NCBI GenBank assembly: GCA_035714175.1
Contig: DASTML010000106.1
Location: 97,045 to 161,044, forward strand
DNA from: Bryobacteraceae bacterium
GTDB lineage: Bacteria; Acidobacteriota; Terriglobia; Bryobacterales; Bryobacteraceae
Reading direction: 5' to 3'
Length of the DNA: 64,000 bases
In this document: positions 37,101 through 44,717 of the stretch, piece after piece
Position numbering within the stretch: the stretch's first letter is position 1
Layout of the letters: each line of letters starts with the position of its first letter
Notes under the pieces: generated by a model
The model's input: the letters and a program-made list of their open reading frames with translations, nothing else
The model's database searches: none
Told to the model about the DNA's origin: nothing
Program-made: the position numbers and the translations under genes

Positions 37101-37341
37101 GTTCATAGGCGCTCGGCGCCAACGACGGAAAACGGAACAGGCCCGCGTCATCGGTAACTGCCTTGCGGATCGAGCCTTTTCCGGGTTCGCGCAGCGTCAC
37201 CAGCGCGCCGGCCACTGCCCCGTCTTTCTCATCCTGCACCAAGCCGCTTAGAGTGCCGCTGGCTGATTGGCCCGCAAGCATCCTTACGCACACCGCCCCC
37301 AGCAGCAGGCGTACACGCCAACCTTCCATCCGTTCCTCCAT
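34195..37341 (-). CDS. TonB-dependent receptor with a CarboxypepD_reg-like N-terminal domain (1048 aa)
   Basis: GTLSGLVQDEKDGAVAGALVTL..TDDAGLFRFPSLAPSAYELTAERDGF is the carboxypeptidase-regulatory fold. A plug and a long barrel follow, ending in ..VQLALKLQF (terminal aromatic residue). Confidence 0.9.
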   Translation of the reverse strand: MEERMEGWRVRLLLGAVCVRMLAGQSASGTLSGLVQDEKDGAVAGALVTLREPGKGSIRKAVTDDAGLFRFPSLAPSAYELTAERDGFMAARLEAVPIHANDQRSVTLRLRVASRGERVEVTAEAAVIREGPAVSTSVDRSFIAVQPLNGRSFQSLLPLSPGVVMTTSTLPDSGQFSVNGQRTGTNYFTVDGVGANFGMPFASTPYEGAGGGTPSFSSQGSTSTLASVDAVQEFTVQTSTYAPEYGRQPGAQVAIVTRSGTNQFHGSAFNYLRNDKLDANSWFGNYNGLRRPALRQNDFGFTVGGPVLLPRLWNGKNRTFFFASYEGLRLIQPVISAPVRVPSAAARAQATGMVKALLEAYPLPVAPPLAEAPMETPYVTSFSNPSRLNATSVRGDHAVSQKLQLFGRYNYAPSENRERGRYVTPSFVATLPGKTETVTGGATMMFSPALTNDLRLNWSRSLAAQIYEQDTYGGAKLLPRDLLFPDFAKPETSLYYLTIGGNDENTISPGVFSRNTQRQWNIVNTTYWNKGSHAMKFGVDVRRLSPSIGGRLFSKTLTFASITELTKGIVPTGEVRQTDNYLEPRYLNLSLFAQDAWRVSRRLTLTYGLRWEMNPAPSEANGNLPLTVRGIQNPASATLGTKNSPLYETTYTNFAPRVGIAYQLPGDRGTVLRAGFGSFYDLGYAYTGTVFSPSTYPYSRAATVTNTAIDAPVFFAPVGALLVQPPYPRLFAYADDYQLPYSLQYSFAVEQPFGTANSLSISYVGSAGHRLARVESLRPAALQNPLFTRVDVVNNEGYSQYNSLQTQFKRRMARGAQALAAYTWSKSLDTASDESNTNLAVQSTRLSPSSDRGPSSFDARHVFTGAVSYDIPSWRAVRKMLGGFSVDAIGRFRTATPVTVTTGRDPLGLGLTNVARPDILPGQPLYVYDGSFPGGRRFNRAAFDDATPLAQGRQGTLGRNVLRGFGMGQLDLSIRRRFVLGERVGLDLRADAFNLSNTPNFANPVGVMTNTNFGRSTGIVSGSSVGGLNPLYQMGGPRSVQLALKLQF

Positions 37342-37429
37342 GTATCACGAGTTTTAATCGGATACTACGACTGCGGCCAGTATCGTCGCTGAACACTCCA
37401 TTCAGCCGCACAGACCCGCACTCACAAGC

Positions 37430-37450
37430 ATACGATTATAAAAATCGTAT
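37430..37450. promoter_or_regulatory. AT-rich palindrome ATACGAT-N7-ATCGTAT between the unknown gene and the downstream TonB receptor gene
   Basis: ATACGAT (37430-37436) and ATCGTAT (37444-37450) are exact inverted repeats flanking TATAAAA. The element sits in the 134-bp gap upstream of the receptor start (37341). Confidence 0.3.
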
Positions 37451-37475
37451 CACCAATCAGGATCAGGGGCATCCC

Positions 37476-38528
37476 CTAGCGCAAAATTCGCATATGTTCT
37501 TCTAACTCCTCAATCCGTTTCCGGAGCAGCACGATCTCGTCCTGCAGGATTTCCGGACGTGGCTTTGGAATTAGATAGGTCAACGTCTGTGAGCCGGTCG
37601 GCAACCCGTCTCGCCGGACCCGTAGGCTGATCACCATATCTCCGGTGGGAGTGGGTATCGAAACCTGCCCGTCCGGCACATACCGTTCGGTAAGGTCCAC
37701 GGTCTCTTCCTGATCTCCGCGGCGCACGTGGAGCGCGGCCGAATCCAGACGCGCCCAATCGCCGCCCAGTTCTTCTTTCCAATGGACGCGGATGACTTCT
37801 CCTTGGGAGTATGCCTTTAGCGCCAATCGCGGCGCCGGACCGCCGGCCGCCTGATTGACGGAACCCACCCAGGTCACCGTCATCCAAAGGCCAACAGCCA
37901 TACAAGCGGCGCCTACCCACCGCATAGCCTGCCGGAAGTCGAAACGCGGCGGAATACGTTCCCGGATGGACGGGGCACTCTCCGAGGGTTCTCGTTCCAT
38001 TACTGCAGCAGCGGCAGACTGTTTTGGTACGGACGTTCCGCTTTGAAACGTGATCCTCCGGGCCGTTGGAGTTCCATTCCGGAGTTGCCAGATCACCGCC
38101 TCCGCCCGGTGAACCGTTACGGGCGCCACGACGGCCAGCATGCCCACATCGGCGAGACGTTCCTCGTCCTCGGCGGACCACAGTGTTCGCGCCCGGCGGC
38201 GGAGGACCCAACGGCCCAGCACCGTTCTTTCGTTCTTTTCCGTGGAAATGTCCGTAATCGTGAGAAGATCCGTCTCGCGGAAACCGAGCAGGAATCCTTC
38301 CACCGGCACTCCTTCACCCGGCTTGGAAGTAAACGTTTCGAAGGCAAGTTGGAGTAGCTGTTGCTGCACCGCCGCGGTGAATTCGCAGACGGGGAGAGCA
38401 GGCAGTTCGGCAGACAAGCGAATGATCCTCGCTCGTCTACTATGCAGTTGACCGACCAATAGGTGCCGCCGGGGATAGGGTTGCCAAAAAACCGAAGGCC
38501 GGCAATCCCCTTCGGGAGTACCGGCCAA
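37476..38528 (-). CDS. single-pass membrane protein of unknown function
   Basis: 350 aa. Cytoplasmic N-terminal ~190 aa, TM helix AMRWVGAACMAVGLWMTVTWVG, a beta-rich C-terminal part and a terminal coiled-coil-like EIVLLRKRIEELEEHMRILR. No motif I recognise. Confidence 0.6.
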   Translation of the reverse strand: MAGTPEGDCRPSVFWQPYPRRHLLVGQLHSRRARIIRLSAELPALPVCEFTAAVQQQLLQLAFETFTSKPGEGVPVEGFLLGFRETDLLTITDISTEKNERTVLGRWVLRRRARTLWSAEDEERLADVGMLAVVAPVTVHRAEAVIWQLRNGTPTARRITFQSGTSVPKQSAAAAVMEREPSESAPSIRERIPPRFDFRQAMRWVGAACMAVGLWMTVTWVGSVNQAAGGPAPRLALKAYSQGEVIRVHWKEELGGDWARLDSAALHVRRGDQEETVDLTERYVPDGQVSIPTPTGDMVISLRVRRDGLPTGSQTLTYLIPKPRPEILQDEIVLLRKRIEELEEHMRILR

Positions 38529-38547
38529 GACGGACCTGCGAATACGC

Positions 38548-41500
38548 TCAGAAATAGAACTTCGCCGCTACCATGATCCGGCGTGGAGTTCCTTGTTGTC
38601 CCGTTATCATTCCGATCGTCCGCGAGAGAATGGCGTTGCCAGGCGTCCCCGGGTTCATGGTGTTAAATAGGTTCTGTGCCTCCATTCGCAGTTGCACAGT
38701 CTTCCCTTCCCACGGCGTCCGGAACGTCTTGAGCAGAGAGAGGTCCCACTGCGAAAAGCCCGGCCCGCGGAAGTTCGGCTGCGTGGATGGCGCGTCTCCG
38801 ATTTCGAAATCACGAACCACGCGGATGGCGTCCGCGTTCAAATACGGAACATAGCCTGGAGCGCCTTCCAACGCCGTCTTGCCGCTCACGTGGTTGTCCA
38901 TGTCCACGCCGGGTACCAACACGGGTTGTGAATCGCGGCCGTGGCCAATGTTGTACCAATTGGACCCTAGGCCGCCAACCGTATTGGACGGCGTGCGAAC
39001 CGTGATCGGGAATCCGCTCCGCAGCGTCGTTGTGCCGGCCATGGTCCAACCGCCGACCACCGCATCGGCCATCTTCGCCCCAAAGTTGTCCGTGCCATGC
39101 AGATATTTGCGTCCATGGCCGAACGGCAGGTCCACGGAGTAGTTGAACAGCAGTTTATGCGTAATATCGGTGGTGGCGATGCCATAGGTATTGGAAACAG
39201 GTAACCCGGCCTGTGGGTACGGCATGCCAAAACCGCCATCGTAGGAGCCGACATCGTTCAGCATTTTAGAGAACGTGTAGTTGATCAGGAACCCGAAGCC
39301 GCGCGCAAACCGGTGTTCCGCCTGCAAGTAACCGGCGTGGTAGTTCGACGTGCCCAGCGGTTCGCCGAGCGTCCAGATTTCCGTCCAAAGCGGATTCCGT
39401 TGGAATAACCGGCCAAAGGGAATCGTTTTGGAACCCACACCGGTAAATTCCGGAATGAACCCGTAATAGGGATTCGTTACCGGGTTGTTCAACTTCAAAC
39501 CCAGCGGACCAATCTTGTGATAAGCGTCCGGCAGGATATGTTCACCCGTGCCCAGGTAGTACGGCAAGGTCCGTCCGAGGTTCCCCGTCAGGTTCGCTTC
39601 CACCAGCCAGGCATTGTTGCCCGATCCCACTTCGCGTTGAATGCCCACATGGAATGCGTGCTCGTACCCGGGGCTCAGGTTAGTCGCCGAAGAAACGAAC
39701 CAGTTGCCCATTACGCTGCGATTCAGCGCGTCGATGTCGCGCGTCAGGCGCACAAGCCCCGCTCCGCCCGGCATCGGGTTTGAAAACGTCAACGGGAACG
39801 ACATGCCTCCGTCCGACGTACCGCCCTGAATGAGCCGTGCCGCATCGCCGTAGCCGATGTTCCAGGGAGAGCCGTTCAGATGGAAACTTCCCGTAAGCGT
39901 CATCCACACCAAGCCATAGCCGGCGCGAATCACGGTTTTCGGTGTCACGGACCATGCCACGCCAACCCGCGGCCCGAAGTGGTTTTTCGGTACTTGCTGC
40001 ATGGAACGGCCTGGATACTCTTTCGTGCCCATGAGCGCCACGCGGCCGTAGATGCCCTGCTGCGTCCAGTCCGGCGTCGGTGCGCTCGCGCCAACCGCCT
40101 GCGCTTCCCCCAGAGCCTGGTTCCAATTCCAGTTGGGAATCGCGCTTACCGGCCACTTGTAGTCCCGGTCCCAGAAGGTCTGCCGGTCGTAGCGTTCCGT
40201 ACGCGCCGGTTCAATGTCCCACCGCAGGCCGAGGTTCAACGTCAGGTTCTTTCTAACCTTGAAGTCGTCCTGTACATAGGCGCCGTGGTAGGTCTGTAGG
40301 GAGGCCGGTCCGGCCAACTGCGTGCCGCTGCCGCCGCCGACTACGCCCAGCATCCACGCCGCCAGACCAGAGCCGGAACCATTGTTGGGAGCGTCGAAAA
40401 ACTCAGACGTCGCACTGCGGATGCTCGACGTCGAAAACGTTCCGCCCGAATAGATATTTGAGTAATAGCGGCGATGCTCGTATCCCGCCTTCACCGTATG
40501 GCGGCCCGCCTGCTTCTGCAGCGAGAACTGCCCCGAATATATCGTGTCGCGGTTGTCCGTTACACTGCCGCCGCCGATGCCGGTCACCGTGTCCGCTGTT
40601 CCTAGCGAGGGGACGCGGCCCTTCGTGCCGCCAAGCAGATTGATCACCTCGGGCGACATGCCCCATGCCGCGCCATCGGCGTCTACCTGGGCGCCCGCGA
40701 ACGACTTGGACCGGACCGCGCCCAGTTTGAAGTTAAAGATAGTCGTCGGGCTGATCAGATAGCTATGGTCAAACGCGGTGGTATAAGCCACATCATCGTT
40801 TGTCGTGATCGGTTGCAGGGCCGATAGCCAGCGCTGGCTCGCCGTGAACTGATCGAAGTAGGTCATCGTAAAGTGGCTGTTGTGTTTGGCCGACCACGTT
40901 TGATCCAGGCGGCCCGTCCAGCGGTTATTGTCGAGCGGCGTCGTTGCCCCGGCCACAAAATTCTGATCGTGCGAAGAGTTGGGCCGTGCAGTCTGGTTCG
41001 CCTTCGGATAGAAACCCATGTAGATCTTGGCAAGCGGATCCACCCGGCTGGCCGGAATCCGGTTGCCGGGAAAGGCGCTCCGCTGCACCCGGCCATCCAC
41101 GGCGCGGGAAGTCAACGGGTCAAAAATCCGCGCTGGAACACCGCTGTCAATCAGCGTCTGCGAAAAATCGCCTTCCCGCTCCAGATCACTAGGAACACTG
41201 GCGAGCTGGGCATTGGACCCCGTCCGGCGCCGGGTCGCCTCATAATTCACAAAGAAAAAAGTCTTGTCCTTGCCGTTATACACCTTCGGGAGGTGCACTG
41301 GACCGCCGAACGCGCCGCCGAAAACATTGTCGTGAAAAACGCCTTTTTGGCGCCCAAAACGGTTCGAATTCCAGTCATTTGCGTTCAATTTGTCGTTCCT
41401 AAAGAACTCATAGAGCGATCCGTGGAACTGATTGGTGCCCGCGCGGGTCACCAAAGTGACCGCCCCGCCCGACAACCGGCCGTATTCCGCCGCCAGCCCG

Positions 41501-42150
41501 TTCGTGATGACTTTGAATTCGCCGACCGCCTCCATCGACGGAATCGACGGCGGCACGTCATGGCGGTATCCGGTCGTAACCGCAATGCCGTCAATAATAT
41601 ACTCCGCCTTCGATGTCCTTCCTCCGTTGATCCGGAAGTCGTTCGAGTAGCCCTGTTGATCTGAAGTTCCGTTCACATTCGGGGCCAAAGTGGCAAACGC
41701 GAGGGGGTTCCGGTTGTACTGCGGCAGTTCCTGAATACGCCGGTTATCGATCACCAACCCGGTTTGCGCGTCGTCAACGCGCAGCAGCGGCACCTCGGCG
41801 GTAACGCTGACGGCCTGGGTTTGGGCGCCGACTTCGAGGGAGAGGTCGATGCGGACGCGGTCGTCCACCCGGAGGACTAGGTTCTTTTGATTGATGGGGC
41901 GGAATCCGTCTTTCTGCGTGGAGAGCGAGTAAATGCCGGGCTGGAGGAGGGGGATGAGGAATAGGCCTTGGTCGTTGGAGGAGACGGTGCGGACGACGCC
42001 GGTACGGTCGTTGGAGACAGTGACGACGGTTTCGGGGACAGCAGCGCCAGAGGAGTCGGTGATTTGGCCGGAGATTTGTGCCTGTTGCGCGAATGCGAGG
42101 GCGCTTGCCAGGCCGAACAGCATAGAAAGTCGGAACCCAATACGAGTCAT
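38548..42150 (-). CDS. TonB-dependent receptor with a CarboxypepD_reg-like N-terminal domain (~1200 aa)
   Basis: Signal MTRIGFRLSMLFGLASALAFAQQ. QISGQITDSSGAAVPETVVTVSNDRTGVVRTVSSNDQGLFLIPLLQPGIYSL, then plug and barrel, ending in ..IMVAAKFYF. ATG 42150 is preferred; the track start is 42186. Confidence 0.9.
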   Translation of the reverse strand: MTRIGFRLSMLFGLASALAFAQQAQISGQITDSSGAAVPETVVTVSNDRTGVVRTVSSNDQGLFLIPLLQPGIYSLSTQKDGFRPINQKNLVLRVDDRVRIDLSLEVGAQTQAVSVTAEVPLLRVDDAQTGLVIDNRRIQELPQYNRNPLAFATLAPNVNGTSDQQGYSNDFRINGGRTSKAEYIIDGIAVTTGYRHDVPPSIPSMEAVGEFKVITNGLAAEYGRLSGGAVTLVTRAGTNQFHGSLYEFFRNDKLNANDWNSNRFGRQKGVFHDNVFGGAFGGPVHLPKVYNGKDKTFFFVNYEATRRRTGSNAQLASVPSDLEREGDFSQTLIDSGVPARIFDPLTSRAVDGRVQRSAFPGNRIPASRVDPLAKIYMGFYPKANQTARPNSSHDQNFVAGATTPLDNNRWTGRLDQTWSAKHNSHFTMTYFDQFTASQRWLSALQPITTNDDVAYTTAFDHSYLISPTTIFNFKLGAVRSKSFAGAQVDADGAAWGMSPEVINLLGGTKGRVPSLGTADTVTGIGGGSVTDNRDTIYSGQFSLQKQAGRHTVKAGYEHRRYYSNIYSGGTFSTSSIRSATSEFFDAPNNGSGSGLAAWMLGVVGGGSGTQLAGPASLQTYHGAYVQDDFKVRKNLTLNLGLRWDIEPARTERYDRQTFWDRDYKWPVSAIPNWNWNQALGEAQAVGASAPTPDWTQQGIYGRVALMGTKEYPGRSMQQVPKNHFGPRVGVAWSVTPKTVIRAGYGLVWMTLTGSFHLNGSPWNIGYGDAARLIQGGTSDGGMSFPLTFSNPMPGGAGLVRLTRDIDALNRSVMGNWFVSSATNLSPGYEHAFHVGIQREVGSGNNAWLVEANLTGNLGRTLPYYLGTGEHILPDAYHKIGPLGLKLNNPVTNPYYGFIPEFTGVGSKTIPFGRLFQRNPLWTEIWTLGEPLGTSNYHAGYLQAEHRFARGFGFLINYTFSKMLNDVGSYDGGFGMPYPQAGLPVSNTYGIATTDITHKLLFNYSVDLPFGHGRKYLHGTDNFGAKMADAVVGGWTMAGTTTLRSGFPITVRTPSNTVGGLGSNWYNIGHGRDSQPVLVPGVDMDNHVSGKTALEGAPGYVPYLNADAIRVVRDFEIGDAPSTQPNFRGPGFSQWDLSLLKTFRTPWEGKTVQLRMEAQNLFNTMNPGTPGNAILSRTIGMITGQQGTPRRIMVAAKFYF

Positions 42151-42228
42151 GGGGTCCATCAAATCAATGCCTAAATCCGGAGTCAATTCCAGATTTAACT
42201 ATTTTGAATTTAAAAGTGGACTTGTAAA

Positions 42229-43593
42229 CTATCGCGGAAGCGCACCGAGGGTTTGGTCCATCCAACTTTGATAGGTCCATTCCACGGGATCGACGAAGGC
42301 GGGTCCGACCATCACACCCAGATGGAGGTGGTCCCCGCCCGCCAACCCACTCATCCCGGATTGACCGATTTCCTGTCCTTTTTTCACGGCTTGGCCGGAT
42401 TGGACACCCACCTGGCTCATGTGCCCGTACACCGAGAGTACGCCATAGCCATGATCGATCACGACGCAGTTGCCGTAGATGCCGAGTCGTCCGGCGTGAA
42501 CGACTTTTCCGTGATTGGCAGCCGGAATAGGGGCATTCTTGACGGATGCCATATCGATACCGAGATGCCATTCGCGGTTAAGCAGTTTGCCAGCATAGCG
42601 ATAGGTCCGATGGTCAGCGAAAAGGGCTTCAGCCTTCCCCCTGGGCAATAGAACGAAGGGCCCTTCCCAAAGTTGCTTCCCTTCGCTTTTGGCGGCCAGG
42701 GAGGCGAGAGCTTCATCGTTGATGCGACGCATCACCGAATTGATACGCGCGAAGCGGTCCGCCGCTTCCCCCGCGGCGCCCGGGTCCAACTCTCCGAGGA
42801 CTTTGTCCATCAACTTGCCGCTTAGTTCCAGGGTTCGATCCCGGAATTTCCCCTTTGTAATCTGATGAGGGAAAGAAGACGTTGCCTCGTCGCCAATTGC
42901 GTTGCGCGCGTAGAGCACGGGTGCCACATCCTCATCGACTTCTGGAGGGATAGAGACGAGGCTGACACGGACATTTTCGCCTTCTTTGGACGGCCAACTG
43001 GGGAACTGGAAACGGCCCACGCGCACACCGGCGGAACTCCAACCGCCTCCGACGCTAAATGTGACAATTCCCGTACCGCCCCTGCGCAGAAAAACCGTTT
43101 TCTCGGTGGGCGTGACTTTGGGTTTTTCAAGAACGACCGGTAGTTCCTGGCGCAGACGGGCGGTTTGCGCCCGCAGGTCGTTCGATTGCACTTCAATAGT
43201 CACAATCGCCCTACCCGCAGCCAGTTGAGGCACGGAATTCCGGTCTAAGGAGAAGGCGGCTTCCCCGGGCGGCATAGGAGTACGCCGGAACCCGAAACGG
43301 CGGGCTGGTTCCACCTGTTGAAAGGCCACCGCGGCCGACGCGCCTTTCTGTTCCACCGTAACGGTCAGACGACGGATGCCATGCGGGTTGGCCCAGCGCA
43401 CCCGGAACGGTGTGGACGGTCCCAAGGCGCGCGGAAACCCGCCAACGACCTCCACCACGGGGTCCGTGGAACGAATCCACAGGTACGCCAGCGCCCCGCA
43501 GAGACCGAGGAGCAAAACAACGGCAATGACAACAATCAGGGAGCGTCCTGCTCCGCCCATATAGCTGGGCTCGCGCAATTTATATTCCGGCAT
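42229..43593 (-). CDS. membrane-anchored M23 family metallopeptidase
   Basis: N-terminal TM (LIVVIAVVLLLGLCGALAYLW). M23 motifs HLGIDMAS (HxxxD), HGYGVLSVYGHMS and GDHLHLGV (HxH). Confidence 0.9.
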   Translation of the reverse strand: MPEYKLREPSYMGGAGRSLIVVIAVVLLLGLCGALAYLWIRSTDPVVEVVGGFPRALGPSTPFRVRWANPHGIRRLTVTVEQKGASAAVAFQQVEPARRFGFRRTPMPPGEAAFSLDRNSVPQLAAGRAIVTIEVQSNDLRAQTARLRQELPVVLEKPKVTPTEKTVFLRRGGTGIVTFSVGGGWSSAGVRVGRFQFPSWPSKEGENVRVSLVSIPPEVDEDVAPVLYARNAIGDEATSSFPHQITKGKFRDRTLELSGKLMDKVLGELDPGAAGEAADRFARINSVMRRINDEALASLAAKSEGKQLWEGPFVLLPRGKAEALFADHRTYRYAGKLLNREWHLGIDMASVKNAPIPAANHGKVVHAGRLGIYGNCVVIDHGYGVLSVYGHMSQVGVQSGQAVKKGQEIGQSGMSGLAGGDHLHLGVMVGPAFVDPVEWTYQSWMDQTLGALPR

Positions 43594-43596
43594 TTC

Positions 43597-44715
43597 TTAC
43601 AACACGTCCGGGAAACTGGGTCGTAGTTTCCGGAACACTCCATAACCGAGATAGAACAAAACGATACTCATCACCAATAGCTGTCCAAGAACGGTCCAGT
43701 CCGGGGCAGACTCCGAGATAAATAGCAGGCGATACTCGCCCACCAACTTGAAGATCGGGTTCTTCTGCAATATGCGAACCGCCTGGGCGGGGAGTTTTTC
43801 GGTGGGATAACAGATGGGGGTCAGAAAGAACAGGAGGGTCAACAGAAACCCATTGACCTGCCCGAGGTCCCGCGCAAACAAACCGACCGCGGCCCAAGCC
43901 CAACAGAGGCCCAGCGTCAGCATCATCTGCGGCGCCAACAGGACAGGCAGCCAAAGCGCCTCGATGGGAATGCGCTCCCTGGTTGCCATGAGGAAGAAAA
44001 GATAGACCACCAATGCCAAGCCACTGGAGACAATCCCGGAACAAACCAGATTGACGGGAAGGATCTCAACGGGAAAGACGAGCTTCTTGACAAAGTTGCG
44101 ATGTTCCAAAATGACGTTGGGAGCGCGGCCGAGGGCCTCACTGAAGGCCAGCCATGGCAACATGCCGCACAAAAAGAAGAGGACGTAGACGGAGGGATCG
44201 GCATTGTCGTTAAAGCGCGTTTGAAGCACGACGCCAAAAACGAACCAATAGGCCAACATGAGCAGCAACGGCTGGGCCAGCGCCCAAAAACGGTCACCGA
44301 ATGAGCCCTTATATCGTCCTTCAAGATCCCGGCCTACCATGGCGGCAATCAGGCTGCGATTGCGCCAGAGCAGCGCCCACGGCTCGGTAAGAAACGCCCC
44401 AAGGCGGCTGGGGAGCCCTCGCCAGCGGAGAGCCCGGAGCGTAGTCATGGCGTCGCGTTCCACAGTCATCTGCCCGCCACGCATGGCAATGTCCACGACA
44501 CGCATGTTTTCGCCGCGGGCATAGGCCCAGCCGCGCTCGGCATCGACAGTCGATACCAGCACACGGTACTGGCCGTCCTCGCGGGGAACAGGCACATCCG
44601 ATTCGCCCGCTTCCCGCACCCAAGGGCCTTCGTCGATCAAGGCGCCAGTGCGCGCATCGAGCAGTTGCCAGCCCGCCGCCTCGCCCCGCACCGGTTGCAA
44701 CGCCACACGCAGCAT
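43597..44715 (-). CDS. ABC-2 type (Wzm/TagG/KpsM-like) polysaccharide-export permease with an extra ~90-aa N-terminal domain
   Basis: LWRNRSLIAAMVGRDLEGRYKGSFGDRFWALAQPLLLMLAYWFVFGVVL is the canonical Wzm N-terminus, followed by six TM helices. It is preceded by ~90 non-hydrophobic residues (MLRVALQPVRGEAAGWQLLD..). Confidence 0.85.
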   Translation of the reverse strand: MLRVALQPVRGEAAGWQLLDARTGALIDEGPWVREAGESDVPVPREDGQYRVLVSTVDAERGWAYARGENMRVVDIAMRGGQMTVERDAMTTLRALRWRGLPSRLGAFLTEPWALLWRNRSLIAAMVGRDLEGRYKGSFGDRFWALAQPLLLMLAYWFVFGVVLQTRFNDNADPSVYVLFFLCGMLPWLAFSEALGRAPNVILEHRNFVKKLVFPVEILPVNLVCSGIVSSGLALVVYLFFLMATRERIPIEALWLPVLLAPQMMLTLGLCWAWAAVGLFARDLGQVNGFLLTLLFFLTPICYPTEKLPAQAVRILQKNPIFKLVGEYRLLFISESAPDWTVLGQLLVMSIVLFYLGYGVFRKLRPSFPDVL

Positions 44716-44717
44716 GC

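Noticed and set aside
44448-44715. Internal ATG (44448) that would give a standard-length Wzm and leave 267 nt non-coding
   Set aside because: The upstream 89 codons have coding-like composition, and the longer ORF starts 3 nt after the preceding stop, consistent with the packing elsewhere in the array. It cannot be excluded without protein evidence.
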